In this document: in pieces, positions 13,601-26,907 of the stretch
Layout: the number at the start of each line of letters is the position of its first letter
Position numbering within the stretch: the stretch's first letter is position 1
Assembly (NCBI RefSeq): GCF_006345805.1
Contig: NC_042998.1
Coordinates: forward strand, 83,328,001 to 83,392,000
Direction: 5' to 3'
DNA length: 64,000 nt
From: Octopus sinensis
Taxonomy: Eukaryota
Program-made: the position numbers and the translations under genes
The notes under the pieces: model-generated
Databases searched by the model: none
Told to the model about the DNA's origin: nothing
What the model saw: the letters and a program-made list of their open reading frames with translations, nothing else

Positions 13601-16600
13601 GAAATCTGGATTAAAAGTGTTGACAAATCTAATTATTTTAATTACCGTAACATCAAAATTTGAATAACACTTTAAAAGGAACAAAACAGAAACAAAATGA
13701 AGAGAAAAAAGAGAAAAAGTTAGAAAGAGGAAGAAAAAAAGGGAAAGACAAAAAAAAGAGTTCATTTCTGCCCTACATTTTGTCATCTAAGCACTGATTT
13801 CAAATATCTCAATTAGGTCAACCCATTTTTCTAAATGGCAAGGTGGGGATATGTACTACAATAGTACATATCCCAAGCACTTACATTTCATTCAGTCTAG
13901 ATCTTCATATGAGTGTGTGTATGCATGTTATGAAAACTGTTTTATTCTTTGGTATTTTATTGTAATAGAATTCTTATCATGATTCTCATCATTATTCAAA
14001 TCACCTCAGTATATTTATGCTGTTCACTGCTTTGAATTTAGCCATGTAATTAACACTGCTTAAGTAATTCAAAGTTATTTTCTTTTAACCTAAATCTTTT
14101 TCAGTATGTGAATATACACATTCAGATATATATACAGATATACATTTAAACATATATATTCCTTCCTATGCCTGTAAGGCTTCACTTCCATACATGCCCT
14201 CTTAATTTAGTTTGTCCTTAGTTGAAAGACACCTGTTGTTAATGAGGAGATCTTGGTGACAGGGTGCATTGTCGTTGTAAAGAAACCAATTCTTCACGCA
14301 CCACAGATCCGAGCACTTTTGCAGAATGTTCTCCCTCAAATTCTTAAAAACGTTGTTAATTGTCCTCTGATGATCCTTATGCACAAGCTGATGAATTTTC
14401 TCCACATTTCTTGTGGTGACACTCATGGCAGGTCTTCCAGGGATATTCTTCCACTTTGGAAGCACTCGTGCCACTCGAAACATTTTTTATGACCCATTGC
14501 CTCATCGCTGTAAGCTTGCTGAAGCATGCTCAATGTCTTTGCAGCAGACTTCCCAAGTTTAATGCAAAATTTCACATTGGCTTTTTGTTCCAACTTTCTG
14601 TTCAAGACAAAAATTGCAGATTACAGCATTAACCCTTTCATTACTGTATTTATTTTGAGATGCTCTCTGCTTCTTTCAATTACTTTAAATATAACAAAGA
14701 ATCTAGTAAAATAACTTAGCTATCATTCAGCAAGTGTTAGGAACATAAATTGTGACTAAGGTTTGGTGGAAGATTTTAATTCAAACTTATGAAAATAAGA
14801 CATCAATACTCAGAGTCAGAGCTGATTTCAGCCAGGTTGGTAACAAAAGGGTTAACATGATCACAAAAACACAAATTTCACAACTTGTGAAGTAAACACA
14901 GCAATGTCACTCAGCACATTGCCTCATGAAGGTCACTGGTAGATCTCACTGCACACACAACTGTGTGCTGCTATCTGTTGGTGCACTACAGAACTAGTCC
15001 GGGAACATTTTGATATCATGTCATAGGTGTTGGGGAGGTTCTCATAGTCTAAGCCAGTTTCCAGTTGGAATTACTGCCCTCTCTACCAGGCTTGAAAATC
15101 ACAACTTGCTCCAGCCATAGACACCATACCAAGTTTCATTTTTGACATATGAGGCTCCAACAACGTACTCTTTCTTTGTCAGTCATAATGCTCATGTCTA
15201 ATGTGACATTTAAGTCCTGCCAGCAATTTGCAAAGAAGGCCACAGATGCTGCAAGTATGAGGATTACCTAGACACCCATGTAGCTAATCAGGTTATTCAA
15301 GACAGTGCCATCCCCAATGACTGGTGTAGTAGTATTGTAGTTAGTTGCTTAGAGGGTAAAGATGATGCCTTAGATAGAAACAACTACAGAAGTATCAAAC
15401 TGCTGGATCAGGTCATGAAAATTATAGAATTATAGCTCAATTAATTAGGAATAGGATTAAACAAGATGTGATGCAATTTGGTTTCGTACCAGAGAAGAGT
15501 ACTACAGATGGCATTTTCCTAATGAGACAGTTGTAGGAAAAGTATTTGGCCAAAAGTAAGCCATTGCACTTAGCTTTTGTCAACCTAGAGAAAGCTTTCT
15601 ACAGAGTTCTCCGCTCTATTATCTGGTGGCCTCTAAGGAAATTAGGAGTAGAGTGGGTTGTTAGAGCTCTACATTGGTGCTGTCAGTAAGGTGAGAGTTG
15701 GCCACAAATACAGTGATGAATTTAATGTACAAGTAGGGGTTCACCAAGGTTCAGTTCTCAGCCCACTTTTCTTCATCCTAGTCCTTCAGGCAATAACAGA
15801 GGAATTCAAAACTGAGTACCCATGAGAACTACTATATGCTGATGACCTTGCTCTTATTGTAGTATCTGTAGCCAAATTTGAGATGGAATTTCAGGTATGG
15901 AAGCAAAACCTGGAATCAAAGGGCTTTAAAGTTAACCTAGCAGAGACCAATGTTGTTGTTAGCAAGAAAGCAGATAAAATTCTCCTTCCATCAGGTAAAT
16001 GACCTGCTCATTATGTAAGAAAGGTATTGGAAGTAATTCCATTTGCTACACTGGTAGGCTCTGGACACATAAGAGGTGCAGTGGAATCACAAGAAGTTTA
16101 ACAGATAAGGTTGTCTTTGGGTGTGGCAGATGTGCAGGAACAATATACACTAAGGACACACAAGAATTAGATTCTTTCAAATGCCCAAGAAGTGCTCTTG
16201 AGGTTGTAAATAGTTTCTATTACCTAGGTGACCAAATTAGCAATAGTGGAGGATGTTCTGAAAGTATTGCTTCTAGAATAAGAATAGGATGGAAGAAGTT
16301 CAGAGAGCTGTTACCTCTGTAGGTAACAAAGGGATTCTCTCTCTAAGTGAAAAGTAAATTGTATGATACTTGTATACAAACAGCTGTACTCCATAGTAGA
16401 GAGACATGGGCTCTGGATGCGGAAGACATGTGTAGATTAGAGAGAAATGAAGGTAATATGCTCCACTGGATGTGCAACACCAGTGTACATGTAGAGAGAA
16501 AAGTTGGGCAAAAGAGGAATTAAATGCAGCATGTTGGTTTGGACATGTGATGCGCATGAATGAAGATAGCTGTATAAAGAAGTGCCAATCACTAAAAATG

Positions 16601-17873
16601 GATGGTAGCCGCAGAAGAGGAAGACCCAGGAAGACATGAGACGAAGAGGTGAGGACCAGTCTCAGGATGTTGGGCCTCATGGAGGAAATGACAATGGGTC
16701 AAGATGTCTGAGGAGATCTGCCCACATTAGTGAAACTGAGTTCTAGAAACGCTGTATGTTCCACCCACACATATCAATAAAACCTTCCATACACTTTACC
16801 CCAACAAATCAAACTACATCTCTTCTTCCTCACATTTCCTCTTTCATGCACTTTCCTTATTACTTGCACCCCAATCCTGTCCTCACAACCCTGCTAACTG
16901 TATCATTGCTATCACTTATTCCCCACCCCTCTATATACCCAGGTTTTCACCAGCCACTGCACTACTTTTGGCCATTCTGCTTCTTCGGCAATACCCTACC
17001 ACTTATATTATGACCTCCATACTTGCCACCATCTATTCCGCTCTTCCATCAACCTACCATCCCGTTTATATTCTGATCCCCATTCCTTGTGAGTATACCC
17101 TGGCACTATGCCACCATCTCTCTCCTGCACTCTTGCTATCTCCCACTCTCTCTCCCTTGCTCTTCCCTCAGGCTGGATAGCCATGTATCTCCTTTACAGT
17201 AGCACACCTGTTTCTGCCCTTATTCCTGATCATTCTCTCTCTCGCTCTCTCTAACCGGGTAACCATGTACCTCCTCTACAGCAAGACACCCGTTTCTGCT
17301 TTTCTGTCACACTTGAACCTTTCATTTTTCATCATCTCACACAAGATCACCACATCCGATGCTCTCAAAGATCACCACCTCCAATCCTCTGAAAGGATCT
17401 TTGTCTTGCATGTTACTTGGCGACCCTGCCAGTTTTTGGCGCTACACAAAAAGCATCCAGTCCACACTGTAAAGTGACTGGCATTTGGAAGGGCATCAAG
17501 CTGCAAAAACCATGCCAAAACTGACCTTATCTGTGCTTGTGCCACATAAAAATCCCTCTGTCCACCCTGCTGGACAGTTGGTGTTAGAAAGGGCATCCAG
17601 TTGTAACAACCATGCCAAAACAGACACAGAAGTCTGGTGTAGGCTCCTGCCTAGCCAGCTTCTGTCAAACCATCCAACCCATGCCATCTTGGAAGGCAGA
17701 TGATGACGATGATGATGACAATAGTGTTTACGTAAAAAAAAAACCCACTTAGGTCATGGCTGATTTAAATGCTGACTAGTTTTTACTAAATTAATTACAT
17801 CTAATCACATATTAGATAATGAAGTGCATATCACAATTTTCTCAATTATCTGATATACTACTACTACTACTAC

Positions 17874-17906
<33 letters not shown>

Positions 17907-20113
17907 AACTACTACTACATTATCATCATCATCATTTACCGTGTACACATGACAGTGACAATCATTTTACAACTACTGCACAATGTTTAAACATGGAGAC
18001 ACAAATATGCACACACACATACACACACATATATATATATATACATATATATTGTATTGTGTCTGGGGAGAGCCATTCTGCAGTTTTTTCTATCTAAGAC
18101 ATCACCTTTTACTCTTTATGCAACTAACTATAATACTATTACATCAGTCGTTGGCGATGGCACCTTCCAGAATAACAGAGGAATTCAAGACAGGATGCCC
18201 CTGGGAGCTCCTCTTTGCTGATGACCTTGTTCTTATTGCTGAGTCACTATCAGAGCTAGAGAAGTTTCAGGTGTGGAAGCAAGGTTTAGAATTCAAGGGC
18301 CTTAGAGTCAACCTAGCTAAAACCAAAGTCTTAATAAGTAGGAAGGCAGACAAACCACAAATCATTTCAGGTAGATGGCCCTGCTCGATCTGTAGAAAAG
18401 GTGTAAGTAGAAACTCTATAAGATGTACCCAGTGCAAGCTATGGATACATGAGATGTGCAGCAATATCAAAGGAAGGTTAACTGGGTAGATAGTTTTTGT
18501 ATGTGGCTCAGGAGCAATAAACACTGAAAATGTGCAGAGAACAACTTTTGCCACATTGATAGCTTCTGTTACCTAGGTAACCAAGTCAGTAGTGGAGGTG
18601 GATGCTCTGAAAGTGTAGCTTCTAGAATAAGAATAGCCTGGGCAAAGTTCAGAAAACTCCTACCTCTGCTGATGACAAAGAGCCCCTCACTCAGTATAAA
18701 AGGTAGACTGTATGATGCATGTGTACAAACAGCCATACTACATAGCAGTGAAACATGGGTGGTGACTGCTGAGAACATGCATAAGCTTGCAAGAAATGAA
18801 GCCAGTATGCTCCGCTGGATGTGTAATGTCAGTGTGCATACACAACAGAGTGTAAGCGCCTTGAAAAAAAAGTTGGACCTAAGAAGCATCAGGTGTAGTG
18901 TGCAAGAGAGACAACTGTACTGGTATGGACATGTGGTGCGAATGGATGAGGATAACTGTGTGAAAAAGTGTTACACCCTAGCAATTGAGGAAATCTGTAG
19001 AAGAGGTAGAACCAGGAAGACCTGGGATGAGGTGGTGTAACACGACCTTCGTAAATTGGGCCTCATCGAGGGAATGACTAGTGACCAAGACCTTTGGAAA
19101 TATGCTGTGCTTGAGAAGACCCGGCAAGCCAAGTGAGACCATAACTTGTGGCCTATGTCAGCAGTGTAACCAGCCTACCTATGCGTTGCTTGCGAAGACC
19201 TGTTCAGGCAAGTGAAATCACAATCAAAATCAAATTCGCTGACATGGCCAATGACAGCACCGCCTGACTGGCACCCGTGCCAGTGAAACGTTAAAAGCAC
19301 CATCTGAGCTTGATCGTTGCCAGGTCCGCTGACTGGCTCCTGTGCCGGTGGCACATAAAAAGCACCATTCAAGCGTGATCCTTACCAGCGTCACCTTACT
19401 GGCACATGAAAAACAACATTTGAGCGAGGTCGTTGCCAGTGCCACACATAAAAAACACCATTTGAGCGTGGCCATCGCCAGCACCGCCTGACTGGCCCTC
19501 GTACCAGTAGCACATAAAAGCACCCACTACACTCTTGGAGTGGTTGGTGTTAGGAAGGACATCCAGCTGTAGTAACTCTGCCAGATCAGATTGGAGCCTG
19601 GTGCAACCATCTGGCTTGCCAGTCTTCAGTCAAACCGTCCAACCCATGCCAGAATGGAAAGCGGACATTAAACGATGATGATGATGATGATGATATATAT
19701 ATATGTGCCATCAGTAATTACTTAGGGTACACAGTTGGTGACGTTTAAGTAGTAAAACGCAAAAAAATAAGTGAAGCACAGGCACGCGACTAAGTTGAAG
19801 GCAGATTTACTTCTGCCTTTACAGCATATAAAGAAAGCATTTATAGGAATGTGTGCAGCACATGTACTACAGCAGTTCTATGCATAGTTTAATACTAGAT
19901 TGAAAGGGGTGAATTATGCCTACCTCATCTACAAAAAAATAAAATATCTAGCATTTTATGCATGGTAATCAGAGTAACCTCCATAGTTTTATTGAATTAT
20001 GCACATATTATGCCATAAAAGAAAAAGGCTACTATCGATCTATTTTATTCATGGTAGTCACCGCCTACCCAGGTGGTACATCCCTGATATGTATATATAT
20101 GTATGTATGTATG

Positions 20114-20153
<40 letters not shown>

Positions 20154-22466
20154 AAACTGAGAATGTGTGTCTGTCTGTCTGTCTGTGTATTTCCCTAAAA
20201 CTTGAGAACTACACAACCAATTTCATTCAAATTTTATACATGCCTTACTTAGGGTCCGGGGAGTGTCACCGGTAAAAAAGATTTTGAACTTTTTCCCATA
20301 GCAATATCGTATCTTCTCCACAACGATTCCCTGAAACTTGAGAACTACACAACCACTTCCATTCAAATTTTACACATGCCTTACTTAGGGTCCATGCAGT
20401 TTCATGGGCAAAAAAATGTTCAACCTCTTGCCTAGAGCGAGCCCATAGCAATATCATATCTTCTCCACTATTTCAGTATTACGTGTTAAAAGTGAAACAA
20501 AAACGTTTCTCTATTTTATGTCAGATATTTTCACTTTAACAATAAAAATAATAATAACAATTGAATTATATGTAGTAAGTAATAATTAAAATCAAACTGA
20601 AGTATAATATAATCGCAACATAACAAAAGTAAAAATAGCAATTGGTATAAAATTGCATCAATGACTTGAACTTGAATAAGTGGTTTCACATGAATGGGAA
20701 TAAATTAAAAATAAAATTAGATGGATAATAAAAAATTAAATTAAAGAAAAGACTATTGTCTATAAAGTATACAATGTAGAGAAAAAAGAAGATTTGAACA
20801 CATGGAGGAAAGCACACATATATACACCTATATGCAACAGGCTTCTTTCAGTTTCTGTCTACCAATCTAATGACAAGGCTATAGTCAGCTTAGGACTATA
20901 ATGGAAGACACTTGCCCAAGGTATCATGCAGGAGGACTTAACACAGAACCATGTGGTTGGGAGGCAAACTTCTTACCACATGGTCATGCCTGTATATGTG
21001 TACATTATTTACAATGGGTGTCTTCATCTTGTTTGTTGCTATCACATATCAGCTGATGTACTCTGCAGTCTTCATCAGGTGTTCTGGTGGAATTTCAAAC
21101 CCAAGCCTTTATTTGACTAATGGAGTACACTGTTCTCATTCCTTAGGTATGTTACTCTCTCTCTCTTTTACTCGTTTCAGTCATTTGACTGCGGCCATGC
21201 TGGAGCACCGCCTCTAGTCGAGCAAATCGACCCCAGGACTTATTCTTTGTAAGCCCAGTACTTATTCTATCGGCCTCTTTTGCCCAACCGCTAAGTGACG
21301 GAGACGTAAACACACCAGCATCGGTTGTCAAGCAATGCTAGGGGGACAAACAAACACATATATATATATACATATATACGACAGGCTTCTTTCAGTTTCC
21401 GTCTACCAAATCCACTCACAAGGCATTGGTTGGCCCGGGGCTATAGCAGAAGACACTTGCCCAAGATGCCACGCAGTGGGACTGAATCCAGAACCATGTG
21501 GTTGGTTAGCAAGCTACTTACCACACAGCCACTCCAATGTTATTTTTCAAGTCCCTGCCTGGGACTGAAATTAGAATGTAAGGGTTAGTAGCCCATAGGC
21601 ATATAGTGTAGTGGATAAGAGCACAAGCTACTAACCCTCGGATTCTAAGTTCAATCCCAGGCAGGGACTTGAAAAATAACATCAGTAACATACCTTAGGA
21701 GTGAGAACAGTGTACCCCATTAGCCAAATAAAGGCTTGGGTTTGAAATTCTACCAGAACACCTGATGAAGGCTGGAGAGTACATCAGCCGAAACATTATG
21801 ATAACAACAAACAAATGAGGACACCTATCCGTCTATTGTAAATAATGTACATAATTCCTCATCCCCAAAATATAGAATATAATGAGTATATATGTATCAA
21901 AAGGATGTGTTATAATACTATTCCACAGGCATACCAACAATTCAACATACTTCCATCATCAGCTTTGAGAGTAAATATGCTTGTGTCTCTTTGTTTTGAT
22001 ATCACATAATTGTTGTAAATGAATGTTATTCATTACCAATATTTTGCTGAAATGTTTGACCATGAGGAAATACTGGTTTCAAATTTTGGCACCGGGCCAG
22101 CAATTTCGTGGGAAGGCTTAAGTCAATTACCTCAACCCCAGTACATGACTGCTACTTATTTTATCAACTCGAAAAGAATGAAAGGCAAAGCTGACCATAC
22201 TGGAAACGGAACTCAGACCGTAAAGACGGATGAAATGCTGCTAAGAAATTTACCTTGATGCAGTAACGATTCTGCCAGCTCATTGCCATGGGGAAATATC
22301 ACCTTTGCCTGCAAACAGGCATGGGTTGGAAGAAGGAAGGACATTGTGTCATAGAAACCATGCCAAAGCAGGCATCAGAACATATCGCAGTGCTTAGAGC
22401 CATCAAATCTGGTCAAACTGTCCAACCTATGCCAATATGGAAGCTGAACTTTGAAGTTATGTTGAT

Positions 22467-22508
<42 letters not shown>

Positions 22509-25500
22509 CTTTTATTTGTTTCATTCAGTTGACTGCAGCCATGCTGGAGCACTGACTTTAGTCGAATAAATCGACCCCAGGACTTATTTGTTGTAAGCCT
22601 AGTACTTATTCTATCGGTTTCTTTTGCCAAACTGCTAAGTTATGGGGATGTAAACACACTAACATCAGTTGCCAAGTGATGCTTGGGGGACAAATACAGA
22701 CACACATATATATATAAATATATGGCCTCAAGGCTGAAACATATAAAAGAATAAAAGAATACAACAGGCTTCTTTCAGTTTCCATCCACCAAATCCACTC
22801 AGGGCTTTGGTTGGCCTGAGGCTATAGTAGAAGACATTTGCCCAAGGTACCACACAGTGGGACTGAACCTGGAACCATGTGATTGGGAAGCAAGTTTCTT
22901 ACCACATTATATTATAGTATAGTCATTTGAGGCAGTATCAAATTAAAACAGCCATCTAGGGATCATACTCAATGTAACTACACCAGGCAAATTTACTGTG
23001 GCATTTGCCCAGAAATAATATTTCTTACAGACATGCTGTGTTTCAGAACACAATATATGTCAGAGGGAGAAGAATACCACAGTAAATTTGCATTTCAACA
23101 ATGTATTTACATTAACTATGATAGATAGATGCTTATTTTAATTTAACATTGCTTTAATTGCATATAACAGATTTTTATTCAACCTATTTCTTTATTACCC
23201 ACAAAGGGCTAAACACAGAGGGGACAAACAAGGACAGACAAAACGGATTAAGTCGATTATATCGACCCCAATGCGTAACTGGTACTTAATTTATCGACCC
23301 CGAGAGGATGAAAGGCTAAGTCGACCTCGGCGGAATTTGAACCCAGGACGTAGCGGTAGACGAAATGCGGCTACGCATTTCGCCCGGCGTGCTAACGATT
23401 CAACCAGACATCTATTTGTACCAGTGTGTGTTTTAAACTGTTTTCTAATAGACTGGAAGTGACAAATCTCATCTAAGCATGTGGATAGTTGTGCGCACAC
23501 ACTATTGACAGGGCTCAAATAGACCAAAAAGCATTTAATGTTCTCACTAGCTGCTGCTCTCTTTTCCAACCATTCTATATACTCTTCTGTCTCTCCCTAT
23601 TCTCATTTTATTTATCTAACAAGCTATCAGACCCCTTCTCTCCTCCAGTCTTCTTCATTATTGCTCCATCTTTCAACCTATTTTTGTTAATCACACACAG
23701 AGACAGACAAACACAGAAAAAAATGAACAAATGTGCAGGCATGGCTGTGTGGTAAGAAACTTGCTTCTCAACCACATGGCTCCAGGTTCAGTCCTACTTC
23801 TACAATAGCCTAACACAACAAAGCCTTGTGAGTGGATTTGGTAAACAGAAACTGAAAGAAGCCCATCCTGTGTGTATATATATATATATATATATATAGG
23901 TGCAGGTGTGGCTGTGCAGTAAGAAACTTGCTTCTCAACCACATGGTTCCAGGTTCAGTCCCACTATGTGGCACCTTGGGCAAGTGTCTTCTACAATAGC
24001 CTAACACAACAAAGCCTTGTGAGTGGATTTGGTAGACAGAAACTGAAAGAAGCCCGATGTATATATATGTCTATATTGTATATTTCCCCTCACCACTGCT
24101 TGACAACCAGTGTTGGTTTGATTACATCCCTGTAACTGAGTGGTTTGGCAAAACAGACTGATAGAATAAGTACCAGGCTCAAGAGAAAAAAAGTACCAGG
24201 GTTGAATCATTCAACTAAAGGTTCTACAAGGCGGTGCTCCAGCATGGCCACAGTCTAATGATTAAAAAACAAGTAAGAGACACTTACCTGTGTGTTTCTC
24301 AAATGTCAATTTTGATGAGTCCGAAACTGGTTCGAACATTTCCACATCTTCAATTTCGCCCTCAGCCCCTGCATCTTCTGTGATATCTTGAAAAAAGACA
24401 AACAAACAAAGAATTGGTAAACAAACAAAAAAAGAGCAGTGTAAATTAAATACCACCAAAAACACAGATGTAGCTAGATGGTAAGAAGTTTGTTTTTCAA
24501 CCACATGGTTCCAAGTTCAGTCCTACTGCGTGACACCTTGGGCAAGTGTCTTCTACTATAGCCTTGGGCCAACCAAAGCCTTGTGAACAGATATGGTAAG
24601 ATGGAAACTCAAAGAAGCCTGCCATGTGTGTGTGTGTCTGTCTGTCTGTCTTTGTGTCCATGTTTGTTTCCTTCCACTACTTGACAGCCAGTGTTGGTGA
24701 GTATACATCCCCATAACTTAGTGGTTTGACAAAACAGACTGATAGAATATATACCAGACTTTAAAAAAAAACTGTCAATTCATTCGACTAAAAATTCTTC
24801 AAGGTGGTGGTGCCTCAGCATGGCCGCGATCTAATAACTGAAACAAGATAAAGGACCACCACCACCACTACTTGTACGAACCCTGCTTGGATACCCTCCC
24901 AATCTACCAACAATTAACACAAAAACAAAATATTTCCCACCATCATAGGATCCGCAACTATGACTACTGCAACTACTACCACTACTACTGATGTCATTGC
25001 TACAGCCACAATTCCACCACTACCACCACCACCACAGTAATCACCCATCTATTATTGCTTCTGTGAATGTGGAGTAAATGTCAGGGATCAAGTCAAAATT
25101 GCTGTATTTTCTTTTTACAATAATGTACAAATAAATGTTTCTAATTTAGGCACACAGCCAGCAATTTCGAGGAAAGTTGTTTAGTAGATTAAACTGACTC
25201 TAATACTTGACTGGTGCATCATTTTAAGCTCCCTGGTAGGATAAATGGTGAAGCAGGCCATGATGGCATTGGAACTTAAATGTAATCTGCTTGAAAAACA
25301 ACACAAAACAGTTTCAAATCATCATCATCGTTTAACATCTGCTTTCCATGCTGGCATGGAATGGACAGTTTGATTGAGGACTGGCAAGCCAGGAGGCTGC
25401 ACCAGGCCCCAATCTGATCTGGCAATGTTTCTACAATTGGATGCCCTTCCTAATGCCAACCACTCCAAGAGTGTAGTGGAAGCTTTTTATGTGCCACCGG

Positions 25501-26404
25501 TGGGGGAGCCAGTCAGGTGGCACTGGCATCAACCACATTCAGATGGTGCTTTCTACATGTGACCGACCGGCACGGGTGCCAGTCAGGTGGCACTGGCATC
25601 AGCCATGTTTGAAATGGTGCCTTTTATGTACTACCAGCACAGGAGCCAGTCAAGCGATACTGTCATCGACCACACGCGAACGGTGCTTTTTATGTACCAC
25701 CAGCACTGGCATCAGCCATGCTTGACAGGTACTTTTTATGTGCCAATGGCATGAGTGCCAAACAGGTGGCACTGGCATCAGCCATGACAATGACCAATGC
25801 CAGGGTCACCTGGCAATCCGCAATCCTGCAACTTAACTGGCAATCCGTTAGTTACAATAATGTGTGTTCCAGATGATCCAATCAACTGAACAGCCTGCTC
25901 ATGAAATGAACGTGCAAGTGGCTGAGTACTCCACAGACACACATACTCCTAACATAGTTCTCAGAAAGGATCAGTGTGATACAGAGTGTGACAGGCCTGG
26001 TCCTTTCAATTACAGGTACAACTCATTTTTGCTGGCTGAGTAGACTGAAGCAACATAAAATAAGTGTTTCTCTCAAGGACACAATACACTGCCTGGAATC
26101 AAACTGATGACCTTAGGACCACAAACTGAGTACCCTAACCATTAAACCACATGCCTCCTCTGTACCCATAACTTCCTTTCCTTCTTTTCTATTCCTTGTT
26201 TCAGTCATTTGACTGCAGCCATGCTGGAGCACTGCCTTTAGTTGAACAAATCGACCCCAGGACTTATTCATTGTAAGCCTAATTTTATCAGTCACTTTTG
26301 CCAAACCACTAAGTTTCTGGGTTGTAAACACACCAACATCAGTTCTCAAGTGGTGGTGGGAGGGACAAACATAGACACACAAATACATAGATATATATAT
26401 ATAT

Positions 26405-26480
<76 letters not shown>

Positions 26481-26861
26481 GGCTTCTTTCAGTTTCCGTC
26501 AACCAAATCCACTCACAAGGCTTTGGTCAGCCTGAGGCTATAGTAGAAGACACTTGCCCAAAGTGTCATGCAGTGGGACTGAACCCGGAACTATGTGGTT
26601 GGGAAGCAAGCTTCTTACCACTCAACCACATATTCAGATAATATGCTGTGATCTTGAGGGAGATTTGATTGATTACTATTTCTAGCATTTCAGACCAATA
26701 GACACAAGCATAGCTATGTGGTTACAAAGTTTGTTTCCTAACTACAAGGTCACAAGTTCAATCCCATTGTGCAACACCTTGGACAAGTGTCTTTTATTAT
26801 AGCCCTGGGCCAACTAGGGGCTTGAGAATAGATTTGATAAACAGATACTGAATGAAACCTG

Positions 26862-26907
<46 letters not shown>

